From a candidate division WOR-3 bacterium (lineage in GTDB: Bacteria > Hydrothermota > Tepidihabitantia > Tepidihabitantales > Tepidihabitantaceae): 64,000 bases of DNA. A model generated the notes under the pieces. That model was not told the origin of the DNA. It saw nothing but the letters and a program-made list of their open reading frames with translations, and searched no databases. The DNA is taken from positions 96,001-160,000 of the forward strand of contig CBFGKH010000005.1 in NCBI GenBank assembly GCA_965649295.1, in the 5' to 3' direction. The stretch's first letter is position 1. Each line of letters starts with the position of its first letter. Shown piece by piece: positions 1 to 8,814 of this stretch. A program made the position numbers and the translations under genes.

Positions 1-1352
1 CGTTCGAGTATCATCTGGTCAAGGATGCGACGGCGGCCTTCGGGAGAGTCAAACTGAGAACGAAAGAATGGCGGAATAGCGCTTATCCGCTCGTCGAGCA
101 TTGCCTTGGTGATGGCGCGGCCGTTGACAATTGCTAGTGTCTCGCGGTTTTGCTCCAACGCCAGACTGTCGGCAGTAATGTTGGCCTTGCGTTTGAGCTC
201 GGCGACTGCCGCCTCGTAGAGGCGGGTTGTGTTCTGCTGCCGCAAGTCGGCAGCGATGGTGCTCTTGACCTCGGCGAGCGGCCGCACTGACTGCGGCTTC
301 TTTTCGGTTACGCGGAGAATGACAAAACCATCCTTGGTCTTGATTGGTTGACTAATCTCGCCAACTGCCAGTCGGAAGGCAGCGTCCTCAATCTCCTTGG
401 GGTGGACACCACGGGCGAACAGACCCATGTCGCCGCCTCGTTCTTTGTCCGGCGCCAACGAGCTGCGACGGGCAACCGAGTCCCAAACTTGGGTGGTATC
501 AGTGAGCAGCAACCGACGCAAGGACTCGGCTTCGGCACGAGTAGCGACGAGTATTTGCCAGCCATGGACCTTTGCCGGTGTGGTGTAGCGAGAAACCCGG
601 TCCCGGTTGTAGGCAGCAGCAATTTCCTTGTCGGTCGGCTGAGCGCGGCTGGTTACGGTTCGTTCATACCACTCCGAGAATAGCGCTCGGTTGCGGCCCT
701 CGCGGAACTCCTCGATAAAAGCTGGGTTTCGAGTCACGCCAGCAGCGAGAGCGGCGGTGTATAGCAACCGGTAGTCGATCATCGTATCAAGCAAGGCAAG
801 CTTGCTTTCATACGATTCGTACGCCGACGGGTTGCGGCTGATGCGGTCGTCAAGTTCAATACGGGTTATGGGGTAGCCATTGACGTAGGCGACTCTCTCT
901 TGATAGTTCTTTCGGAAGCAACGTTCGATTGCGTCAAGCGCGTCAGTTCCGAATCTGCTCCGAGAGTAGCGCGTGGCAACTTTCTCGTAGTTGCGGGCCG
1001 CATCAAGGAATTTTTCTTGCAGTTCCTGGGCCAGCGCCAGACGGTAGAGGACGTCGGGCAGTAGCTTGTGTTTGGGATACTGGGCTGCGAGTTCAGTGAG
1101 AATTCGTTCGGCTTCGGCGTAGTCGTGCTGCTTGTCAAGAAAATAGTCGGCGCGCTCGAGCTCAACCAGGAACCTATCGCCAGGGCGCTGGTAGCGCTGC
1201 GCTAGTCGGGCCAGTAGCCCCTCGGCGGCGGCCAGTTCGCCGGCAGCGTAGAGACGATAGAGCGAGTCCAGGTCGGCGTTCAGGCCGGCGGGTGCGGCCA
1301 GGCAGTATGTCGCCAACACAAAGAGAATGGTTGCGACCGATCCTCTTGGCAT
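1..1352 (-). CDS. Secreted TPR + PpiC/parvulin-type peptidyl-prolyl isomerase (SurA/PrsA-like); 3' end runs off the window
   Basis: Hand translation from ATG 1352 (GGAGG at 1361-1365): signal peptide MPRGSVATILFVLATYCLAA, TPR-like helices, and parvulin motif SSLAPDKERGGDMGLFARG...EIEDAAFRLAVGEISQPIKTKDGFVILRV. The ORF is open at the window edge, so it is absent from the track. Confidence 0.85.
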   Translation of the reverse strand, partial: MPRGSVATILFVLATYCLAAPAGLNADLDSLYRLYAAGELAAAEGLLARLAQRYQRPGDRFLVELERADYFLDKQHDYAEAERILTELAAQYPKHKLLPDVLYRLALAQELQEKFLDAARNYEKVATRYSRSRFGTDALDAIERCFRKNYQERVAYVNGYPITRIELDDRISRNPSAYESYESKLALLDTMIDYRLLYTAALAAGVTRNPAFIEEFREGRNRALFSEWYERTVTSRAQPTDKEIAAAYNRDRVSRYTTPAKVHGWQILVATRAEAESLRRLLLTDTTQVWDSVARRSSLAPDKERGGDMGLFARGVHPKEIEDAAFRLAVGEISQPIKTKDGFVILRVTEKKPQSVRPLAEVKSTIAADLRQQNTTRLYEAAVAELKRKANITADSLALEQNRETLAIVNGRAITKAMLDERISAIPPFFRSQFDSPEGRRRILDQMILE

Positions 1353-1388
1353 CTAGTTTACCTCCTTTTTAGCTGTGCCGGAACAGGG

Positions 1389-1997
1389 CTAGCGGATAAC
1401 CTGCAATGCAACCATCATCACTGTTCCGGACAGCAGCGGGATTACTACGTTGTCGTTGACATCAATTGGCAGCGCCTCAACTATTGAGGCAGAAACAGCA
1501 CCAAGGATACCGATACTGAGTGGCAGGTCAAGACCGGGCAGCCGTGAGACAATCCAGGCGACAGTCAAGCAGACGAGCAGGCCGGCCAGCATGCCCTCGA
1601 GGGTCTTGCGAAAAATACGAGTGCGACCAATCGCCAGTCCGACAAGTGCGGCAACCGTGTCGCCAAGCACCAGAAAGGAGATGGCAGCGATGAACACGCC
1701 GCGGCCGGACTGGCTGGCTCCAAAGAGCAGCATGCATGTCAGCGACGCGAGCATCAGGTAGCTACCGCCAGTCAGACCGGTAAGCTCCTTGCGGCGTAGC
1801 ATCGAGCCGAAGAGGATGATGAAGATGCTCTTGAACGGGTTGAGGCGCAGCCGCAGAATATCTATCAGGACGAAGCCAGCAGCGGCCGCGGCCATCAAGG
1901 TAATAGTAAGCTGACGGGATGGAATCAGGTAGTAGAATACCGGGATGACAATGGCGATGAGGTGGGGAAGCTTGCGATAGAACTCCGAGCCTAGAAC
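1389..1997 (-). CDS. CTP-dependent polyprenol/diacylglycerol kinase family membrane protein (phytol kinase/DGK1/SEC59-like)
   Basis: GDTVAALVG, KTLEG and DN-V-IP motifs. The frame extends upstream of the track start to the family N-terminal E-x-x-RK-x-x-H (EFYRKLPH). Start codon is uncertain. Confidence 0.8.
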   Translation of the reverse strand, partial: VLGSEFYRKLPHLIAIVIPVFYYLIPSRQLTITLMAAAAAGFVLIDILRLRLNPFKSIFIILFGSMLRRKELTGLTGGSYLMLASLTCMLLFGASQSGRGVFIAAISFLVLGDTVAALVGLAIGRTRIFRKTLEGMLAGLLVCLTVAWIVSRLPGLDLPLSIGILGAVSASIVEALPIDVNDNVVIPLLSGTVMMVALQVIR

Positions 1998-2926
1998 TCG
2001 ACACCTCCGGACAACTGTTGAGGACTACCCAACTCCCTGGCTCCGGGGGCGGCGCTGGTTGCGTAGCCATAGTCAAGATGGAAACGTCCCCAACGGAGAC
2101 CGACACCGAACGCGAAGTTGTTCCGGTAGGAACCGAGTCGTCCGGCCAAGCGGTCGCGAAAGACGTATTCGACTCCGGAGTTCGGAACCAAGTAGCGCGT
2201 TGCTGGGTCAATCTCGGATTCGACCGTTAGTGAAAGTCGGTCCCGACCGAGCAGGAAGTTGCGGGCGAACCCGAGTGCAATCCTAGGTGTGATGAGGTCA
2301 CGGGTGCCAGTATCCCAGAAGAAAGGGGCGGTGCTGGCATTGCGGACGCGCAAGCCTACATCGAAGTTGAGAAAAGGGGTCAAGGTGGCGCCTAGGTCTA
2401 TACCCATGCCAAAACCTGAACCGACACCAAGACTACGGTAGATGAGTTTGACATTGCCGCCAATGGCAAGGGCCGGTGCCAGTCGGCGGGCATAGTTGAC
2501 ATAGCCGACAACGTCGTTGGCAGCAACGATATCGGTGACGTAGGGCCGGTTGGTGTCTGATAGCGGCAGTTCTGGGTAGGGTAGGGCGGTGAGCTTGATG
2601 TTGGGAATGCCGTTGTGAAGGATGGCGAAACCGAATGACTGATTCTGACCGGCAAAGGCAGCGCCAATGAAGTTATGCTTTACCATCCCGGCAAATTCCT
2701 CGGAGTGGAGCAGCAGCACCGAATGGCGCCTGAACCGGGAGGGGAGCGATGGATTGTAATAGATAGCGCTGGCGTCGCTGGCGGCAGCGACTACCGCCCC
2801 ACCCATGCCGACTGCCCGGGCCGAGGTACCTAGTTCTTCAAAGTCCCCGGCATAAGGCGTGGCAGGGACGAGACTGGTCAACATAATGAGTAAGAGCTGG
2901 TAGGCTAGGATTCTTCTTGCTGACAT
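1991..2926 (-). CDS. PorV/PorQ-like outer-membrane beta-barrel
   Basis: Signal peptide, SARAVGMGGA...DASAIYYNP motif, amphipathic beta strands, C-terminal Phe. Confidence 0.75.
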   Translation of the reverse strand: MSARRILAYQLLLIMLTSLVPATPYAGDFEELGTSARAVGMGGAVVAAASDASAIYYNPSLPSRFRRHSVLLLHSEEFAGMVKHNFIGAAFAGQNQSFGFAILHNGIPNIKLTALPYPELPLSDTNRPYVTDIVAANDVVGYVNYARRLAPALAIGGNVKLIYRSLGVGSGFGMGIDLGATLTPFLNFDVGLRVRNASTAPFFWDTGTRDLITPRIALGFARNFLLGRDRLSLTVESEIDPATRYLVPNSGVEYVFRDRLAGRLGSYRNNFAFGVGLRWGRFHLDYGYATSAAPGARELGSPQQLSGGVEF

Positions 2927-2975
2927 GCAAGCCTCCTCGCTGGTGAGAGCCGGATAGGATGGAACTTGCTGGTTC

Positions 2976-4289
2976 TCATTGTGGCCGGGCAGTTTGATTG
3001 TCGGGCAGCCGTCGGACCGTTCCGACTAGTTGTTTCTGAAAACGATACTTGGGCGGCCGCGGGTAGGTTGGCTCGACAGCCACTGTCACTTGGTATTCGC
3101 CCGGGGGGACAAGCTGGCCGCGGTTATCGCGGCCGTCCCAAACGATTAGCACCTCACCGGGCTGCTGACGATGGGGCGGGGTGAGTGTCCGGACGGTCTG
3201 GTTTTGAGAATCAGCTACCGTGACTGTGACCTCGGCCAGCTCGGTCACATAGAGGGCAATGGTCGTGCCAGGCTTGTTGGCGTCAAATTCGGCAGGAAAG
3301 AAGCCGATGAGATAAGCGTCAATACCCAGCCAGTAATACTGGCCGCCGTCCGCTTCGACGACAAAGAGCTGGCCAAAGCGCGGCCAGATAGTGATGCCAC
3401 GCGGCGAATTGAGGCGCGAACGGCCCAGGCCTTCCTTGCCATAGGAGATGATGTACTTAAGGCTTGGGTCAAAGATATGGATCTGGTCGTTCAATTGGTC
3501 GGTGATGTAACTGTTGCCATGGCGGTCAATGGCGCAATAGGCAAAGGCTGCTTCGTCGAGACCGATGCGTCGCATGTCAACCTGAGCCGTGACCCGGCCT
3601 GACAGGTCAAGCCTGTTGACGCGGGTGCGGTGGCGGTCAATTACCACTACCGTATTGTGCTTGAAGTCGTTGTAACGCATGCCTTCGTCAATCAACGCCA
3701 CCGCGGTCGGTCCTTCGAGATCGGTGCTCCAAGTCGCGAGCAGACTGCCGCCCGAATCATAGACGACTATTCGGTTGTTTCCAGAGTCGGCAACGTAGAG
3801 CCGTCCTCGCGAATCGAGCGCGACGTCATACGGCGAAGAGAGGGCCGAGTCAACGACGCCAACCCAGCGGAGTTGACCGCCTTCATACTTGAGGCGCACG
3901 ACCCGATTGTTGTCGGTGTCGGCAACATAGACATCACCCTGAGGGTTGCAGCAGATGCCGTGTGGTCGTCGGAATTGGTCGGTGCCGGTGCCTTGAGAAC
4001 CATAGACCTTTGGCTGCAGCAGTCGGACATTATAGACAATCTGGCCGGTGCCGCTGTTGACACTGAACATTGTCAGAATGTGGTCGTCACGCATCGTGCT
4101 TGGGTCGTCTTCCTCGATCATTTTGGCCCCACAGATGCCCTGGGGGTCGCTTACCTTGAAACTGCGACCGAGATACATATTGATGAGCGTTTGGCCAAGG
4201 CGGTTGTAGCCGAGGGTGTGCTCGAACGGCGGCACCAACAGCGTACTTGGACCAGACCAATTCAGCAGCAGGATAACGAACAGGGACAC
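2976..4289 (-). CDS. NHL-repeat beta-propeller protein with C-terminal FlgD-Ig-like domain
   Basis: Repeated PxG(I/V)...GxxYVAD(T/S)xNxR motifs; C-terminal WDGRDNRGQLVPPGEY. Confidence 0.8.
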   Translation of the reverse strand: MSLFVILLLNWSGPSTLLVPPFEHTLGYNRLGQTLINMYLGRSFKVSDPQGICGAKMIEEDDPSTMRDDHILTMFSVNSGTGQIVYNVRLLQPKVYGSQGTGTDQFRRPHGICCNPQGDVYVADTDNNRVVRLKYEGGQLRWVGVVDSALSSPYDVALDSRGRLYVADSGNNRIVVYDSGGSLLATWSTDLEGPTAVALIDEGMRYNDFKHNTVVVIDRHRTRVNRLDLSGRVTAQVDMRRIGLDEAAFAYCAIDRHGNSYITDQLNDQIHIFDPSLKYIISYGKEGLGRSRLNSPRGITIWPRFGQLFVVEADGGQYYWLGIDAYLIGFFPAEFDANKPGTTIALYVTELAEVTVTVADSQNQTVRTLTPPHRQQPGEVLIVWDGRDNRGQLVPPGEYQVTVAVEPTYPRPPKYRFQKQLVGTVRRLPDNQTARPQ

Positions 4290-4361
4290 TTTTTAGAATC
4301 TAGCTGGGGGTAGGGCAAAGTCAAGCTGACTGAGGCGACAGAACGCGATTAGTGAGACTGC

Positions 4362-5117
4362 TCAGGGCAACCGGGCAACAGCGATGAGCGATGAGCCGAT
4401 GGGAATGTTGACTGACCGTAGCACCATCCGTTCGACTGTCATCATGAGGCCGAACAGGGCATTGAAGGGGCCAAGTGGCGGTCTGACGCTATATTCGGTC
4501 CGCTGCCGACCGGTAAGGCCGAGCCTGAGCCGGTCAGCGCTCCGCTGCAGAATGAGCAAGGGCAGAAGCAGGCTTGTGTAATAGGAGATGCGTTCAACAA
4601 CGAATCCGGCAGTCTCCAGTTTCTGGACAAGGTCGCCTTGGGTGTAGCGTCGAAAGTGGTGGAGTAGGACATCGTGGTCGCTCCAGAGCCAGGGCAGGGC
4701 TGGTACGGTTATGAGGAGAAACCCTTTCGGGGTAAGCAGGCCGCGGGCAGCGGCCAGGGCCGCAGTGTCGTGCTCGATGTGTTCGAGGACATCGAGCATT
4801 GTGATGATATCGAACTGTTCGCCAAGCGGAACCTGCTCTGGAAAACTCGCCAGCCGGATGTCAATGCCCAGCCTCGCTTGTGCGAGCTCGACTGTTGTCC
4901 CATCTGATTCGAGCACGAGTACGTTGCCGAAACGATGCAGTTCCTTAGGGATGAGCGAGCAGGCGCCACCGATGTCAAGAATTCGCCGGTTGTTGCTACC
5001 AGGATTGAGCAGAGTAATGTAGCGTTCAACCCATTCTAGGACGAGCCGGCGTTTGCTGACGCGCCAGAAGTGGCCCTGCTCGAGTTCGAAGAAGCGGTCG
5101 TAGGCTGAGCGGTCCAT
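4362..5117 (-). CDS. Class I SAM-dependent methyltransferase
   Basis: ILDIGG motif I, DVLEH, LITVPA...WSDHD...HFRRY. Start placed downstream of the promoter TTGACA(5155)-16-TACAAT(5133). Confidence 0.85.
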   Translation of the reverse strand: MDRSAYDRFFELEQGHFWRVSKRRLVLEWVERYITLLNPGSNNRRILDIGGACSLIPKELHRFGNVLVLESDGTTVELAQARLGIDIRLASFPEQVPLGEQFDIITMLDVLEHIEHDTAALAAARGLLTPKGFLLITVPALPWLWSDHDVLLHHFRRYTQGDLVQKLETAGFVVERISYYTSLLLPLLILQRSADRLRLGLTGRQRTEYSVRPPLGPFNALFGLMMTVERMVLRSVNIPIGSSLIAVARLP

Positions 5118-5581
5118 TGTTTTCATCATTGTAGCGCCAGTCATGATACTGTCAAAGCGGGCTGGTGCCGATACTGGCGTTGGCATAGCAGTTCTAGAAC
5201 AGCATGGGCAACGACACCGGTAATAGCCCTGTCAACGCCGGTGCCGGTACTGGTGCCAGAATTGGGCATAACACTTTTGGTGGCAACTGCTTAGTCGGCT
5301 CATCTCTCGCGCTGGCCGGCGAATCGCCCCTGACAGCCGGGCCGGTTTCGGCCAAGCCAACGCACAGGGAATGGTCAGACGCCAATCTGGCGGGCCGGGC
5401 AAAGGGTTCGGGCAATCTCCAGGCCGGATGCTGTTGCGAAGGCTGGGCCTAGGGCCTGTGGTAAGGGTGAGGGGGACGGCCCCCGTACGGCCCAGGGCAC
5501 GGTGATAGCCGGGTCCCGAGCCATAGTGTCACCCGTGCACCTCGGCAACAGGGGCGTTGAGGTTTAGGTCTGCCAAACTGC

Positions 5582-5610
5582 TTGACTGGGCATAACCGGA
5601 GTTCTATACT
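5582..5610 (+). promoter_or_regulatory. sigma70-type promoter for the two large secreted proteins
   Basis: TTGACT-17 bp-TATACT, about 200 nt upstream of ATG 5817. Confidence 0.6.
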
Positions 5611-5816
5611 GGGTTGCGGTTCCTCAGCTTGCGGGTCGGCAACACCAGCGGGCACCAGGTGTCGGTGTTGAAGTCTGGTTCAGCATCGTGATTCCGACCG
5701 ACCTTCTCCATCGGCCCGGGCGGCCGCCTGGGTTACCTACCGAAGCAAGGCATAATCAGTTGAGAGGTCAGCGGCCGAGCGCAGCCGCCTGACTAACGGC
5801 TGTCAAGGAGGATTGT

Positions 5817-8804
5817 ATGAAGCGTAGTCGTTGTGGCAGTGTCGCCATGCTTGGTTTGGGATCACTACTGCTGCTGGTTGGTTCTGCGGCGGCCCAGATC
5901 CCGGTCTGGGGTGTGTCCTACAGTGGGCCTGGAGTTGTGAGTGGCTGGGATGAAGCGGTAGCCATTGCGCGAACGCCTGACTCGTGCGTGGTTGTCACTG
6001 GCTTTGCCCAGGCTGAAGAGGGTGTCGTCAAGTATGATGTGATTCAAACCATCAAGTACCGGTGTGACAGCGGAACGGTTGTCTGGGAACGGACTTGGTC
6101 GCTACTGTCTGGTGGCAGCTCGACCCAGAATCCGACGGCGCTGGCAGTTGACGATGCCGGGATGATCTACATCACCGGCTGGGTCTATGCGGCTGCAACT
6201 GGGACTGACACCGATCTGGTTGTTCTGAAGTATGAACCGGACGGCAATCTCGCTTGGGCCGTCACCTACGATTATGCGAGCCTGGGTGATGCCGGTACTG
6301 CCTTGGTGCCAGACCGGATGGGCGGCGTTTATGTGGCCGGGCGCTGTCGCAATCCTTTCAATAGCGACATCCTGACGATTCACTTCGATTCTGATGGTCA
6401 GAATCGCTGGTGGCACCGCAAGAATTCCTTCAACGGCAATGATTGGGCCACCGCGATTGCTCTCAGCCCGGCTGGCTGGCTCTACACCGCTGCGGTCTGC
6501 TGGCGTATCCCTTCAAACAGCCACGATTACTATCTCATCAAGTATGATACGACACTGGCTGCACATACCAACCCGAACGATTCGCCGTTTGTCTGGATCA
6601 AGGTGTATAGCGGGTCCGGCGCCGGCGGCTACGACGAGCCAGCGGCGGTCCTATGCGACTCAGCCGAGAATATCTATCTCACCGGTACTAGTTACGAAGG
6701 CATTACCAACTTTGACGGTACTACAATTAAGTATGCCGCTGACGGAACCCAGCTTTGGGTTAACAAGTTCGACGCTGGCCGTCTCGATGAGGACCGGGTG
6801 TACAAGCTCGTTGCTGGGCCGGGGGGCAGGGTCTATTGCGGCGGCTACACGAGCGACGGTAACTACTACAACTTCCTGTTCTATCCGATTGACGAGGTTG
6901 CTGGAGCGCCGTTTGTGCCCTGGTTTGTCAACCGCGACTACTTGACACTCGACGACACCGTCACTGCGCTGGCAGTGGACCAGGCTGGCTACCTGTTTGT
7001 TGCCGGAGCAGGCGTTGAAGGTGACCGCGGCACTACCGATTGGCTGCTCTTCAAGTATCGGCCAGACGGTACCAATGTCTGGTCAACCGATACCGGCAAT
7101 TTTGAGGCTGAGGACGTGCCCAACGCAATGGCGCTTGATGACTTGGGCGATGCCTACGTAACCGGCTACTTCGAGAACCAGCTTGGCGGTGGTCAATATG
7201 ACCTCGCCTGGATGACTATTAAGTATAGCGAGAAGGACGTTGGCGTTACCAGCGTCGTGCTGCCCGATGACAGTTTCCGAGTCGGTGCCCGGGTCAGCCC
7301 GAAGGCCTGGGTACGTAGCTACAGTGCCGCAACCCTGCGTTCGATTGACGTCACCTTCAATACCGGTGAGTGGTTACGCAGCACCAGCATCGAGAGTCTC
7401 TTGCCCTATGATTCGGTGCTGGTTACGTTCAACAGCAAGCTCTTTGAGCCGAGCGATGTCGGTCAGCACCGGGCTGTCTGCTACACGAGCCTGAGTGGTG
7501 ACGCTGATGTAGCAAATGACACGAGCCGTATCTGGTTTGAGGTTATTCCCGGTTGGGAGCGACTGGCTGATGTTCCGCGGGGCAGAAGAGAGCTGAAGGA
7601 CGGCACTGCTCTCACTTGTTTTGGTGATACGCTGGTCTATTGTCTGAAGGGAAGTGGCACGACCGAGTTCTACAAGTATCGGGTTGCGAACGATTCCTGG
7701 TACACGGTCGAGAGCATCCCCTATATCGGCCGCGATGCACGCAAGCGGGTCAAGGCCGGGTCGCAGCTGGCCGTTGACACGAGCGGTCACATCTACGCCT
7801 TCAAAGGTGGCAACTGTCCTGAGTTCTGGCGCTACTACCCTGATTCGGGAGCACTTGGCGTCTGGCAGCAGCTTGACGACCTGCCGCTTGGCACCAGCGG
7901 CAAGCGGATCAAAGGTGGGTCAGGGCTTGTCTATGTGCCGGCGCGGCGTGCTCTTTATGCCTTGAAGGGCAACAACACCGATGAGTTCTACTACTTCGAC
8001 GTTGCCCGAGACACCTGGCTGCCGCGGCGGTCGGTCATACCGGGCAGCCGTGGCTACAAGGTCAAGGACGGTTCGGCCATGGCCTATGATGGCGCCAATG
8101 CCATCTATCTGGTCAAGGGCAACTCGCTTGAACTGTATCGTTACAAGATTGCTCAGGATAGCTGGTACCAGCTCGACAACATTCCCTATAGCGCCATTGA
8201 CCCCAAGCGCCGCAAGTTCAAGAAAGGCGCTGGGCTTGTCTATGATGAGATTAACAACCGGCTCATCGCCGCCAAGGGCGGCAAAGGCCGCGAGCTGTGG
8301 GAGTTTGATATCACGATGGACACCTGGCGTGAGCTGCCGGAGACCGACATGATTCCTGCGCCGGTCGGCACCAAGCTGCCGTTTGGTGGCGCGGCAATGT
8401 GCGCGAGCAAGGGCAAGGTCTATGCGACCAAGGGCAACAAGAGCTATGAGTTCTGGCGCTACAATGCCGACCTGCCGTTCAATCCGCGGCTGCCCGGTCC
8501 GGGACCGATGACGGCTGGGACTGTTGGGTTGGTGCGGCTGGGCCTTGAGGCAGCGCCCAATCCGTTTGGTAGCAGCACGTTCCTGCGTTATTCACTACCG
8601 GTGCCTAGCAACGTTCGGATACTCCTTTACGATGTGATGGGCCGCATTGTGCGAGTTGTCGTTGACGAGTGGCAGGGTTCAGGCTTGCACGTCGTGCCGC
8701 TGGCGGCTAGTGGTCTTGCCCGCGGCGTCTATCTGGTTCGGCTGCGGGCCAGTGCCGAGGCCTTCTCTCTTGAGGGGACGCGAAAGATCACTGTCACCCG
8801 TTAG
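5817..8804 (+). CDS. Secreted SBBP beta-propeller + CARDB-like Ig + Kelch-like propeller protein with T9SS-like CTD
   Basis: GGGAGG RBS, signal peptide, AVDxxGxxY(V/I)TG repeats, KGxxTxEF(W/Y)RY repeats, C-terminal PNPF...YDVMGR...LARGVYLVRL. Confidence 0.85.
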   Translation: MKRSRCGSVAMLGLGSLLLLVGSAAAQIPVWGVSYSGPGVVSGWDEAVAIARTPDSCVVVTGFAQAEEGVVKYDVIQTIKYRCDSGTVVWERTWSLLSGGSSTQNPTALAVDDAGMIYITGWVYAAATGTDTDLVVLKYEPDGNLAWAVTYDYASLGDAGTALVPDRMGGVYVAGRCRNPFNSDILTIHFDSDGQNRWWHRKNSFNGNDWATAIALSPAGWLYTAAVCWRIPSNSHDYYLIKYDTTLAAHTNPNDSPFVWIKVYSGSGAGGYDEPAAVLCDSAENIYLTGTSYEGITNFDGTTIKYAADGTQLWVNKFDAGRLDEDRVYKLVAGPGGRVYCGGYTSDGNYYNFLFYPIDEVAGAPFVPWFVNRDYLTLDDTVTALAVDQAGYLFVAGAGVEGDRGTTDWLLFKYRPDGTNVWSTDTGNFEAEDVPNAMALDDLGDAYVTGYFENQLGGGQYDLAWMTIKYSEKDVGVTSVVLPDDSFRVGARVSPKAWVRSYSAATLRSIDVTFNTGEWLRSTSIESLLPYDSVLVTFNSKLFEPSDVGQHRAVCYTSLSGDADVANDTSRIWFEVIPGWERLADVPRGRRELKDGTALTCFGDTLVYCLKGSGTTEFYKYRVANDSWYTVESIPYIGRDARKRVKAGSQLAVDTSGHIYAFKGGNCPEFWRYYPDSGALGVWQQLDDLPLGTSGKRIKGGSGLVYVPARRALYALKGNNTDEFYYFDVARDTWLPRRSVIPGSRGYKVKDGSAMAYDGANAIYLVKGNSLELYRYKIAQDSWYQLDNIPYSAIDPKRRKFKKGAGLVYDEINNRLIAAKGGKGRELWEFDITMDTWRELPETDMIPAPVGTKLPFGGAAMCASKGKVYATKGNKSYEFWRYNADLPFNPRLPGPGPMTAGTVGLVRLGLEAAPNPFGSSTFLRYSLPVPSNVRILLYDVMGRIVRVVVDEWQGSGLHVVPLAASGLARGVYLVRLRASAEAFSLEGTRKITVTR

Positions 8805-8814
8805 GAGGACAGCG

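Noticed and set aside
5380..5500. Possible cyclic-di-GMP-I riboswitch (GGGCAAA...GGCCTA)
   Set aside because: The GNRA/receptor and GACGCAAAGC elements are absent, and it lies upstream of the predicted promoter.
8647..8814. Track start for the 1589-aa ORF
   Set aside because: It overlaps the upstream gene's CTD; AGGAGG and ATG 8815 give a better start.
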